Below are positions 31,211 through 39,430 of a stretch of 64,000 nucleotides of DNA, in pieces (position 1 is the first letter of the stretch; each line of letters starts with the position of its first letter). Position numbers and translations under genes: made by a program. Source of the stretch: Nitrospirota bacterium (GTDB taxonomy: Bacteria > Nitrospirota > UBA9217); assembly GCA_963840455.1 (NCBI GenBank), contig CAWIYV010000010.1, positions 32,001-96,000 on the forward strand, in the 5' to 3' direction. The notes below the pieces were generated by a model. It made no database searches. It had not been told where the DNA came from and worked only from the letters and a program-made list of their open reading frames with translations.

Positions 31211-31552
31211 ATGAAAAAGACCCTTGTGCTGACGATCATCCTGGTCCTCTCCCTATTGATCGGAGCAGGCCTTTCCCGCACGTTGCTGGCGCAGCAAAAG
31301 GACGGCGTAAAATCCATCGAGCTGCCCGCCATGGTCTTTGATCTCGCCGACGGCCCGAACCGCGACAAGGCGGCTGGGTTCTGCGCCATCTGCCACGGGG
31401 CGGAGTACATTCCCATGCAGCCGAAGATGAGCAAGGCGCAATGGACCGCCACGGTTACGAAAATGGTCAAGGCCTTCGGCGCCCCGATCCCACAGGAGGA
31501 CGCGGACAAGATCAGCGAGTATCTCGGCGGTGCCTACGGAACGGGGAAGTGA
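31211..31552 (+). CDS. sorB: Monoheme cytochrome c subunit (SorB-like)
   Basis: Signal peptide, CAICH, MQP, VTKMVKAFGAPI; directly follows sorA. Confidence 0.85.
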   Translation: MKKTLVLTIILVLSLLIGAGLSRTLLAQQKDGVKSIELPAMVFDLADGPNRDKAAGFCAICHGAEYIPMQPKMSKAQWTATVTKMVKAFGAPIPQEDADKISEYLGGAYGTGK

Positions 31553-31697
31553 CCGTCCCTGGACCACCGAGGAATGACCACGGCAGTCTGTCAGGAGGCT
31601 TTCGGGGGGAAACATCCCGACCCTCCACTTTTTTTCTTCGGCCCGGCTCGTGCTGCGGGGTATTTTGAAAAACCGAGGGCAGGAATTACTTCTTTTG

Positions 31698-31942
31698 TTC
31701 TCTTCACCGCCGGGCGGCTCTGACGCGAGAGACGCGTTCAGGCATGCGGCATGCGAGGATACGAAAAAGAACCGGCCCGAAAGCAGCGCGTCCGCAGGGG
31801 AAGCGCTGCAGGAAAATGGGAACGAGCAATGGAGCGTACACGAAGAACCTGGCATGCAACGCTGCCGGGCGATGAGCAGCCCAAAAAAGAGCTCTTCTTT
31901 GTTTAGCCAAAATTTGCACTGTTGCGCAGGCATGCCGTAGCG
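31698..31942. repeat. Diverged ~230-bp repeat, copy A
   Basis: Collinear shared blocks with 43967-44188: TTCTCT..CCGGGCGGCT, GCATGC, GGGAAC, TGGCATGC, AAAAGAGC, CTGTTGCGCAGGCATGCC (18/18). Confidence 0.75.
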
Positions 31943-32104
31943 AAGGCGTTTCTTTGCACATCCCCTTTACGTCCTGAACGATATTGAAGCTGCCCTGAAG
32001 CGCGCTGCAGTGCGCGGCAACTTCGCAGGACCGCACCGGTGCATGCGCATAGCAATGGCAGCAAATCGGCAGGAATTGATGCCCTTGCCCGAACAGGCCT
32101 GGTT

Positions 32105-32692
32105 CTAGTGATAGGCGGACTTGTCGCCGATATCGTAGGCGAGGGGCTGGAAGACCTTGCGGAGCGTGAAGAGGACCAGCAGGGCCGCGATCAGGACCAG
32201 GCCGGAAGACGCGCCCGTTCCCGAGAGAGCGCCGACCGCGACCAGCAGCAGGTAGAACGGCATGAGCATGGCGAGGAGATAGCCCTCGAAGAGCTGGAAG
32301 CAGAACGCCTCCTTCGCGGTCACGAACCCCAGACAACCGGACAGAGATAGAAGGAGCAGCGGACCGTACGAACCCTGCATGAACGCGTCGGCAAGGGACC
32401 CCTTGCCGACGAGAATAAGTGCGGCAAAACAGCCGAGGCTCAGGAAATACAGTCCCACCAGGTAGGTCTTGATCTTGCGGACATAGAGATGAATGAAGAA
32501 CACGCTCATGCCAACTGAGGCATGGAGGCTGTAGCCAAGGAGGTTCGCCGCAGCAGTGCGCAGCGAAGCAGTTGCGAGGAGATAGGCCAGGCCGGCCATG
32601 ATGATCGCAGACAGCACGATTCCCACACGGTAGAGCACGACTGTTATTTTATCTTCCCTCGTAAGAGGCTGGAATACCTGTCGTTCACCCAT
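32105..32692 (-). CDS. DUF2301 family integral membrane protein
   Basis: LTREDKITVVLYRVG, FFIHLY, GFVTAKEAFCF, QPLAYDIGDKS. Confidence 0.88.
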   Translation of the reverse strand: MGERQVFQPLTREDKITVVLYRVGIVLSAIIMAGLAYLLATASLRTAAANLLGYSLHASVGMSVFFIHLYVRKIKTYLVGLYFLSLGCFAALILVGKGSLADAFMQGSYGPLLLLSLSGCLGFVTAKEAFCFQLFEGYLLAMLMPFYLLLVAVGALSGTGASSGLVLIAALLVLFTLRKVFQPLAYDIGDKSAYH

Positions 32693-32788
32693 TGTTTATC
32701 TCTCCTCTACTTTTAAAATCCGCATTGATCCGCGTTAATCCGCGTCCAAATGTTCTTCTTCTGCTCCACTCACTATGCGATCTGGCAT

Positions 32789-32953
32789 TCATCCCTTCTT
32801 CTCTTTCTTCCAGAACACCAGGTCGTTCATCATGAGCTTCAGAAGCTCGCGGGGCGTCATTTGCGAGGTTTCCTTGCACCTGCAGGCGTCATCCTTCCCT
32901 GCCCCTGCTTGCGCCTCTGCAGGTTTCTTCTCGCTCCCCTCGCTGCCTGCCAT
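32789..32953 (-). CDS. Small hypothetical protein
   Basis: 54-aa ORF ending CRCKETSQMTPRELLKLMMNDLVFWKKEKKG; genome-like codon usage, co-oriented with DUF2301. Confidence 0.5.
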   Translation of the reverse strand: MAGSEGSEKKPAEAQAGAGKDDACRCKETSQMTPRELLKLMMNDLVFWKKEKKG

Positions 32954-33204
32954 ATGAACGGTCCCGTGATGACGGGTAACCATCTTCAATTCCTCTGCGG
33001 TATATTACTCCTCCCGGAGGTAAGAGGCAACTCCTCAGGGGCCGGTCAAGCGGACGGGTCCGCATCAAGCGCATTCCTGTGCGGAGATTTTCCCTTGTAC
33101 ACATCTGAAGATAGGCCTGTTTGACCAATTGCTATTCGAAAGCTTTATTTTAACCAAACACCTGGCTATATCTGTAGGGAGGTGCGCAATGAAAGGCAAA
33201 GGAT

Positions 33205-33266
33205 CATAGGGCAGGGAGAACCGCAGGAAGCCGTATGCACCCATCTTGATGGACGTCGCGGGCAGT
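33205..33266 (-). pseudogene. Tiny relic of a NuoM/MrpD-type antiporter-like subunit
   Basis: LPATSIKMGAYGFLRFSLPY matches the NuoM motif L(L)KMGxYGFLRFxLP; no flanking homology. Confidence 0.6.
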
Positions 33267-33280
33267 AGATCCTTGCCTCG

Positions 33281-33560
33281 GATATCTACGTGAAGGTGGA
33301 AGGAAAAATCGAGACCGGCAGCCACACGGGCAGTAAGTTCAGTGTCGTCTCTTCATCGGGGGCGACGACGAAGTCCATCGGCGTCGACTATCGTTCTGCC
33401 AGTCTGGAGGGCACCCTTGCCGAAGAAGCATAGGTCGAAGTAAAACTGTACGGGTACAATGGCAGCTGGTTCCTCTCCAATAAGGTGGAGGTCGAAATCG
33501 AAGGGACCGTGACCGAGGACCGACAGACTGAGGTCAAGGGTCATACGATCTGTTTATGCA
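33281..33560 (+). pseudogene. Relic resembling a DUF5666 repeat domain
   Basis: DIYVKVEGKIE...IGVDYRSASLEGTLAEEA*VEVKLYGYNGSWFLSNKVEVEIEGTV, with an in-frame TAG at 33431 and no start codon. Confidence 0.5.
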
Positions 33561-33746
33561 TAGACACTTAGAGTAGCATGGCAACCGTAAGTGTTGCGTT
33601 TACTTATTGAACTCACAAGCTTTTGACGGGCAGCTTCGGGAACATTGCTGCATCCGTTGCGTTCTGCCGCCGGTCGCTGATTACGCGACCCGAGAAGCAA
33701 CACGCGCAATACTTTTCTATTTGCCGGTAAGCGGCATCGTTTCTCC

Positions 33747-34226
33747 TCACTTCCTGTCCGGCGGATTCTTCTCGGACGTGCTTCCGTGAGCCGGAGCAAC
33801 GGCCTGCGGCTTCCCCGCCTGCTGGGGCTTTCCTTCCTTCGTGCTTTTCTCCGCAGGCCTGGCAGCAGAGGCCGGCTCGGGAGTTGCCGGCAGTTCTTTT
33901 ACGATCCGCACGATCTTCGGATCGTCGATAAGGGGCGCGTACTTCGGAAGCGTGAATTCGATCACGTCCTTTTCGTTGACCAGAAGGCTGATCTCGTCGA
34001 CCTTCTTCGTGAATGTGGCCAGCAGCGCGCCGTCGGCTGTATTCACCGTCAGCAGCAGCGCATTCTCCTTTTTCTGCTTTGCCACAACGGTCCCCTTGAC
34101 CACAGTCGCTTTTCCCGTTGCCCATTCAGGGATGTAAGGCCGCACGTAGCCGGGCAGGAAGATCGTGCCCACGATACCCAGTACCAATCCGACAATGAGC
34201 AGAACCATGCTGGACGGCTTGTTCAT
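33747..34226 (-). CDS. Membrane-anchored hypothetical protein
   Basis: AGGAGG RBS, N-terminal TM, small beta domain, Pro/Ala/Lys tail. Confidence 0.75.
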   Translation of the reverse strand: MNKPSSMVLLIVGLVLGIVGTIFLPGYVRPYIPEWATGKATVVKGTVVAKQKKENALLLTVNTADGALLATFTKKVDEISLLVNEKDVIEFTLPKYAPLIDDPKIVRIVKELPATPEPASAARPAEKSTKEGKPQQAGKPQAVAPAHGSTSEKNPPDRK

Positions 34227-34270
34227 GAAATGGCCTCCTGATAATTTTAGAAGGATTCCGTTGCGACCCC

Positions 34271-34531
34271 TCAGGGATCACCCTTCTTCCTAAGAAACAG
34301 CAGCAACCCGGCAACGATTATGGAGCTGAACGCAAAGAGATTGACAAGAGCAACGACCGCCAGCCTGATCCAGAACGCTTCTTCCTTATCGGTCACGCTG
34401 CGAAAGACGTCCGCGTAGCCGTTGATGTGTTTTTCATGGATAGCATAGCCGATAATAATGAAGAAGAAAAGCACGAGCACGCATAAAAAAACGGCGTATA
34501 CCAGCAGTATGTTCTTCCGTTGTTTGTTCAT
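34271..34531 (-). CDS. Small two-TM hypothetical membrane protein
   Basis: Two hydrophobic helices; GGAGG upstream of MNKQRKN (alternative start 34588). Confidence 0.6.
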   Translation of the reverse strand: MNKQRKNILLVYAVFLCVLVLFFFIIIGYAIHEKHINGYADVFRSVTDKEEAFWIRLAVVALVNLFAFSSIIVAGLLLFLRKKGDP

Positions 34532-34584
34532 GGTCCTTGAGAACCTCCGGCAGGGCCCGGGTGTCCTCCCCTTTTCGTCCTTCT

Positions 34585-34971
34585 TCAATCATCATGCGCG
34601 TTCTTCTTTTTTCCATCGTGCTCCGCATGCTTTTCTCGCTTCTTTCCCCCCTTGTGGCATTCATGGCACTTCTTTGGGTCCTTGGTACTGAAGGTCGTGG
34701 TGCCATTGTGGCAGGCGCCGCAGAGCCCGCCCCGGTCGAGTGCGGCCATAGTGATCTTCGCCGTCCCGTGCTTCATGCTGAACAGACCAGGATGGCAGTC
34801 TTTGCACGTGTAGCCCTTCTCGGCGTGCTCATCTCCTTCGAACAGGACTTCCCCCCTGCCGCCTCCGGGCCAGACCAGGGTCTTGCCGGGACCTACTGCC
34901 GAAGCATACCCCGCCAAGATGACCGGCGTGAAGAGCGCAGCAGCAATAACAGTGCTCTTTATCCACCCCAT
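34585..34971 (-). CDS. Triheme c7-type cytochrome
   Basis: Signal peptide; CKDCH, CGACH, CHECH; GEVLFEGDEH; charged tail. Confidence 0.9.
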   Translation of the reverse strand: MGWIKSTVIAAALFTPVILAGYASAVGPGKTLVWPGGGRGEVLFEGDEHAEKGYTCKDCHPGLFSMKHGTAKITMAALDRGGLCGACHNGTTTFSTKDPKKCHECHKGGKKREKHAEHDGKKKNAHDD

Positions 34972-35103
34972 GCATGCACCTCCCGACCGCTGGCGTTTGA
35001 ATATGTTCAACCTTTCTTTGCAGTTGCTGAAAATAAGGTACAATTAAATCAACAAATGGCGCAGTGCGAGGTTGAGGCTTTTGCTACCGAAAAGGAGACA
35101 CAT

Positions 35104-35325
35104 ATGCTTTGGACCATTTTTGTGATCCTCGCGATCTTATGGCTTCTGGGCCTGATCAGCGGCCATACCATTGGCGGATATATTCATATCCTCGCTGTCA
35201 TCGCAATCGTTGTCGTCCTGCCAGGCTGTTGCCGAAATCGCATGTATGCTTCGATAAGCTCAGCACGAGCGGACTGCCTTCTTACGTATCCTTGCCCTTT
35301 TTCCGGTACTTGTCCAGCGAAATGA
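35104..35325 (+). pseudogene. lmo0937/DUF5670 family small membrane protein, C-terminus disrupted by repeat sequence
   Basis: AAGGAG RBS; MLWTIFVILAILWLLGLISGHTIGGYIHILAVIAIVVVL, then similarity stops at ~35220 where AGGCTGTTGCCGAAA...CTTCGATAAGCTCAG begins. Confidence 0.7.
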
Positions 35326-35698
35326 CCCGCTTCTGATCATCCTCTCCTGCTCCCGGCTTTGGCGACGCAGTAGGTTCCTTGTCCACATCGCCCCTCAGGA
35401 ACTGCACCCCTGCGTCCGGGGAGAACACGCCGATTAGGTCATCGTGATGGATATAGACATCTTCCTTGCGCGTACCGAAGGCGAGCATGCAGGAAAGATT
35501 CCCCTCTTCGTCCCAGTCCAGCTTGTTGTTGGTCTTGTCATTGAAAACCAGGATCAGACCGTGTTTTTTCTCGTCCTCGGTGAATCCCCGTTTGCCGATC
35601 CGTGTCCGTTCCGAATTGTTCACGATGAGGTAGACGCTGCCGAAATCGTTCCAGAGGTCGTAGAACAGCTTTTGCAGATACGAGACCTGTTTTTTCAT
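35282..35698 (-). CDS. Hypothetical protein, remote SspB (ClpXP adaptor)-like
   Basis: GLILVFN...LDWDEEGNLSCMLAFG...VYIHHDDLIGVFSPD and the C-terminal motif KRVISLDKYRKK. Confidence 0.65.
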   Translation of the reverse strand: MKKQVSYLQKLFYDLWNDFGSVYLIVNNSERTRIGKRGFTEDEKKHGLILVFNDKTNNKLDWDEEGNLSCMLAFGTRKEDVYIHHDDLIGVFSPDAGVQFLRGDVDKEPTASPKPGAGEDDQKRVISLDKYRKKGKDT

Positions 35699-35792
35699 AC
35701 CAATGCTGATCCTCGGCTGCGGCTCCAATAGACTGCCTAATGAGATGAGAGTATAGGAAACTGTATGTGAAGTCAATAGAACGGCATTACAT

Positions 35793-36466
35793 TGTCAAGC
35801 TAAAGTAGAAATGTCCTATTCTTACCAAAATAGAAATGTCCGGTTTTTACGGTGCCGATAGAGGCTGCTCTCGACGTCGTCTAGGTGTGAGGGCGGGCCT
35901 CGTTTTCCAGGGATGATCGGTCGGAGGTATCCAAGGCTTCTTTGCTGGGAACAGGGGGAGTGGCCCCGGCGTTTCCCTTGGCAGCTGTTCCGTAATCATC
36001 CGATAGCGCAGGTCCTGGCCGTTGTAAGTGATATGCAAACTGCCGTCAAGACGCGCCTCCACGGTGACCTTCTTGGCCCGGGTCATCTGCTCGATCTGGT
36101 AAAGCTTGCCGTTGTACGCGATCGTAAAGTCGTTCTTGACCGTCCGCTCCTCCTTGATGCAGAAGATGCGGTCGAGTTCTCTTGCATGCGGGGCCGGCCG
36201 GTGCAGGTCGGCCTTGAGACGAGCCTGTTTCCGGAACCGACTGTTATGCTTCGGCAGATAGGCGTCCAGGAAGGTATTCGCCTCGTCGACGTTCTTGATC
36301 CCCCGAAGGCGCATCTCCCGGACTAAGCGGTCCTGCAGCGTCTTGAACAGTCGTTCCACCCTGCCCTTGGCCTCGGGAGAGTTGCCCTCCCCATTTTAGG
36401 GCATTGTAGCCGGAATTAGGACATTTCTACTTTGGCAGAATAGGACATTATCATTTTGGCATTACA
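35793..36466 (-). mobile_element. Internally deleted ISNCY/IS1202-like insertion sequence (674 bp)
   Basis: Ends TGTCAAGCTAAAGTAGAAATGTCCTATTCT (left) and, reverse-complemented, TGTAATGCCAAAATGATAATGTCCTATTCT (right), each with repeated AATGTCC sites. Encodes only the transposase C-terminus. Confidence 0.88.
35847..36385 (-). pseudogene. ISNCY transposase C-terminal fragment
   Basis: ANSPEAKGRVERLFKTLQDRLVREMRL...YLPKHNSRF...PPTDHPWK; the 5' part is missing and joins the IR within ~80 bp. Confidence 0.88.
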
Positions 36467-36698
36467 GACTGTTGACGGACCACCAGAGCAGCAACCATTC
36501 TCCCTCCTCTATTCGGGAAGTGTAATCCGTAACAGCATCCTGGCGGTAATCACAAAGCAACTAAATGAACCGCAAGGAAATCGCGTCTCAGCTCTCAATT
36601 GCACCACGGAACTACCCCATCATATTTTATCTGATGATACAAGGCGGGTGTTGGGCAAAAAGAAAAAAGAGCTGCAAGATGCAGCTCCTTGATATGAT

Positions 36699-36760
36699 TG
36701 GCGTCCCCAAGGGGATTCGAACCCCCGTTATCGCCGTGAAAGGGCGAATGACCTCAGGCC
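36699..36760 (-). tRNA. tRNA-Glu(TTC) 3' fragment / pseudo-tRNA (att-like remnant)
   Basis: Minus strand ...CGCCCTTTCACGGCGATAACGGGGGTTCGAATCCCCTTGGGGACGCCA contains the anticodon arm, T arm and CCA, but no 5' GTCCCC acceptor strand. Followed by a GAGCTGCA-aga-TGCAGCTC terminator. Confidence 0.8.
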
Positions 36761-36951
36761 AAAAAAGGATACCCCTCATGTGGAGGTCAAACTGCTTCCG
36801 GTGAAAGATGAAATTGGAAAGGCCGGAGAGATGTCTCTCCGGCCTAACATTAGACGCGGTGATCGCAGCATCAAGCCGCAAGGCATGAACCTGTTTTCCT
36901 ATACATTATTTCCTATGGTGCGGACCTGTCAAGCCGCGGTCAATCAACGTT

Positions 36952-38613
36952 CTACCTCTTATCATGGGGGACACACACTGTTTTCGTTTTTTTGGACTGG
37001 CGTCCCGCTTTATCAGTTACAACAACAGTAATGGTGTACGACCTGCCTTCCATATCCGTGTCCTCACGCCAGGATTCCAGCGGGATCGCATGTTCGAAGC
37101 CATGAAGAGGGGGCATCTTGTGGATTCCGTATTTGTCGGTTACGGTAATTATTGTTGAATCGATTTCCGATCCGCAATGGGTAACCGAGCCTCTGATCTT
37201 AACGTTCACCATTTTATGATTCGGCGGCCAGAAGCACGCCGAGTCTTCATCCAGATCAGAGCTCTCTGCTTTGTGAATATTGATGGTCATTACCTGCGGC
37301 GTCTCAGCGTTCCCTGCATTGTCAAGCGCGAAAAAGGTCACGGTATGGGTCCCATCGCTCACGATTGAAAACGAGGTCGAACATTCCGACACGATGGCGT
37401 CTTTTCCGTCAATGCTGTAATGTACCTCCTTCACACCCGAGCCACCGTCATTGTCTGTTGCGAGCAATGTCATCTGCACATCAGACACATACCGCCCGTT
37501 TGTTCCCAGTGTCCCGGTCACCAAGGTTGTCGTCATTGGCGGAGTGACATCCAGTATTGCAGGGCCGCAAATAGGCATAATACTCGTAAAGAGAGAGGAG
37601 ACGTTCAACTGGCCACCGCTACTATCACCGACAGCCACTATGGTCCCATCCCCTTTAAGCCCGACCGTGTGATTCGCGCCTGCTGCGATGGCCTTTATGT
37701 CCGTCCAGGTCAAGGCATCGGCATCCAGCTGGCCATAGTCATTATTTCCGACAGCCACTATGGTCCCGTCCTCTTGAAGCCCGACCGTGTGATACGCGCC
37801 TGCTGCGATGGCCTTTATGTTCTTCCAGGTCAAGACATCCAGCTGGCCATAGTCAACTCCGATAGCCACGACGGTCCCGTCCGTTTTAAGCCCGACCGTG
37901 TGATACGCGCCTGCTGCGATGGCCTTTATGTCCGTCCAGGAGGAGACATTCAGCTGGCCATAGTCATCTCCGATAGCCACGACGGTCCCGTCCGTTTTAA
38001 GCCCGACCGTGTGATACGCGCCTGCTGCGATGGCCTTTATGTCCGTCCAGGAGGAGACATTCAGCTGGCCATAGTCATCTCCGATAGCCACGACGGTCCC
38101 GTCCGTTTTAAGCCCGACCGTGTGATACGCGCCTGCTGCGATGGCCTTTATGTCCGTCCAGGAGGAGACATCCGTCTGGTCTTGGTTCGTAAATGCGGCA
38201 GTATATCCGGTAGCCACGACGTTCCCGTCCTCATCAAGCCCGACCGTATGATACCAGCCTGCTGCAATGGCCTTCATGTTCGTCCAGGAGGAGACATTCA
38301 GCTGGCCAAAGTCCTTATTTCCGACAGCCACGACGGTCTTATTTTTGTTAAGCCCGACCGTGTGATACGCGCCTGCTGAAATAGTTGCATCATCAGAGCA
38401 TTGAATTGCCGGGGCCGCGTCTGGGGGGGACAGGGACAGGGACGGGGCCGCGGCCTGTATGGGCTCGTTTTCAACAGTCCCATTCATGCAGGAAAAAAGT
38501 AGGGATGCCGCCGAAATGATCAGAACTGATCGCATAACATGCATGACAAGATGAAGCGTCCTTCCTTCCAAACTTAGGTTCATAGCAAGTAATGAAGCAA
38601 TAGGCTTTTTCAT
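36952..38613 (-). CDS. RCC1/BLIP-II-repeat beta-propeller lipoprotein with C-terminal Ig-like domains
   Basis: Lipobox LLFSC; seven AG(A/W)(Y/N)HTVGL repeats; DVTPP...ATDNDGGSGV...DGTHTVTFFALDNAGNAE; FWPPNHKMV domain; AGGAGG RBS before 38613. Confidence 0.9.
   Translation of the reverse strand: MKKPIASLLAMNLSLEGRTLHLVMHVMRSVLIISAASLLFSCMNGTVENEPIQAAAPSLSLSPPDAAPAIQCSDDATISAGAYHTVGLNKNKTVVAVGNKDFGQLNVSSWTNMKAIAAGWYHTVGLDEDGNVVATGYTAAFTNQDQTDVSSWTDIKAIAAGAYHTVGLKTDGTVVAIGDDYGQLNVSSWTDIKAIAAGAYHTVGLKTDGTVVAIGDDYGQLNVSSWTDIKAIAAGAYHTVGLKTDGTVVAIGVDYGQLDVLTWKNIKAIAAGAYHTVGLQEDGTIVAVGNNDYGQLDADALTWTDIKAIAAGANHTVGLKGDGTIVAVGDSSGGQLNVSSLFTSIMPICGPAILDVTPPMTTTLVTGTLGTNGRYVSDVQMTLLATDNDGGSGVKEVHYSIDGKDAIVSECSTSFSIVSDGTHTVTFFALDNAGNAETPQVMTINIHKAESSDLDEDSACFWPPNHKMVNVKIRGSVTHCGSEIDSTIITVTDKYGIHKMPPLHGFEHAIPLESWREDTDMEGRSYTITVVVTDKAGRQSKKTKTVCVPHDKR
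37857..38171. repeat. Identical 111-bp tandem units within the RCC1 gene
   Basis: GATAGCCACGACGGTCCCGTCCG... starts at 37861, 37972 and 38083 (period 111 nt = 37 aa). Confidence 0.92.
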
Positions 38614-38715
38614 ACGGCCTCCTTTAAAAATGTAAAAATGCAAGTGGTTGCGTCCGGTTCATGAGAATTTAACGTATAATTTATATACATATAGTATTAG
38701 ATACTGATTTTTTGT

Positions 38716-38731
38716 TGCAATGTCGGTGCCA
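38716..38731 (-). promoter_or_regulatory. Sigma-54 promoter for the RCC1 lipoprotein gene
   Basis: Minus strand TGGCAC-CGACA-TTGCA, a perfect -24/-12 consensus ~100 bp upstream of the start, in AT-rich DNA. Confidence 0.8.
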
Positions 38732-39087
38732 CTATACTTCTTAATATTATTAAATAGTTACAATAATATTCGGGCCAGTATTATGAAAAAATATACCCAC
38801 ATGGGAAACATATTACATACTACCAAAATTATTAGTTAGTCGAAATCCATCAAAATCGTGATGTTGTCGTTCTGGTCTTGCTCATTTCTGAGGGCATATG
38901 GGGGCAGGATGTACGGGGGTTGCGGTTCCTGAGATGACCGACTATACGTATTAAGATCTGGTTGCGATGATCGAAGAAAGTGGTCCTACCCAGAGCAATC
39001 TCATCCTTACAGAGATACGTCATGATGTTTATAATCGCATGAAACAGACGACATCCACATTTACGCTAAATTGAAAAGCCACCTCAA

Positions 39088-39300
39088 TTACTTTGGCCAG
39101 GGATAGGTCGCTTTAATTACGTTTCGGTAGTTCTCATCTAATGCAGGTTGCAATGCAATAAGCGCTTTAAACCGTCTGGCCATCTCAGTCACATGGCGTA
39201 CCTCGTCCGGAGTCAAGCCACTGCCAAGCAAATCTTTTTCACGGTAGGATAACCACTTCTTGATGACCTGATATCCACCGATAGCGTAGTCCCACACGGG
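39088..39300 (-). pseudogene. C-terminal remnant of a Type ISP restriction-modification enzyme
   Basis: VWDYAIGGYQVIKKWLSYRE...LTPDEVRHVTEMARR...LDENY matches the Type ISP C-terminal specificity domain; the rest is absent. Confidence 0.8.
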
Positions 39301-39356
39301 AAAGCCCCGGGAATAGAAAAGGCGGTTCCGAACCGTCAGAACCGCCAAATCTAGCT

Positions 39357-39424
39357 AATTTCATTTGTGTGAGAATTTATTTCATTCGATGCGCACGGAA
39401 TTTCATACGATGCGCGAACTTACA
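39357..39424 (-). mobile_element. Orphan transposon end (TGT terminus plus three 21-bp-spaced binding sites)
   Basis: Minus strand TGTAAGTTC-GCGCATCGTATGAAAT-N5-GCGCATCGAATGAAAT-N5-CTCACACAAATGAAAT; on + ATTTCA starts at 39358, 39379 and 39400; terminus is 6 bp from the secA stop. Confidence 0.7.
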
Positions 39425-39430
39425 AACGGC

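Noticed and set aside
36565-36620. MNRKEIASQLSIA, an HTH-like peptide
   Set aside because: Too short to support a gene or pseudogene call without a search.
36699-36775. Functional tRNA-Glu
   Set aside because: The 5' acceptor strand and D-arm cannot be formed; kept only as a fragment.
37600-38380. Regular repeats as a possible CRISPR array or DGR template/variable pair
   Set aside because: The units are contiguous in-frame coding repeats with no unique spacers; there is no cas gene or reverse transcriptase and no adenine-specific differences.
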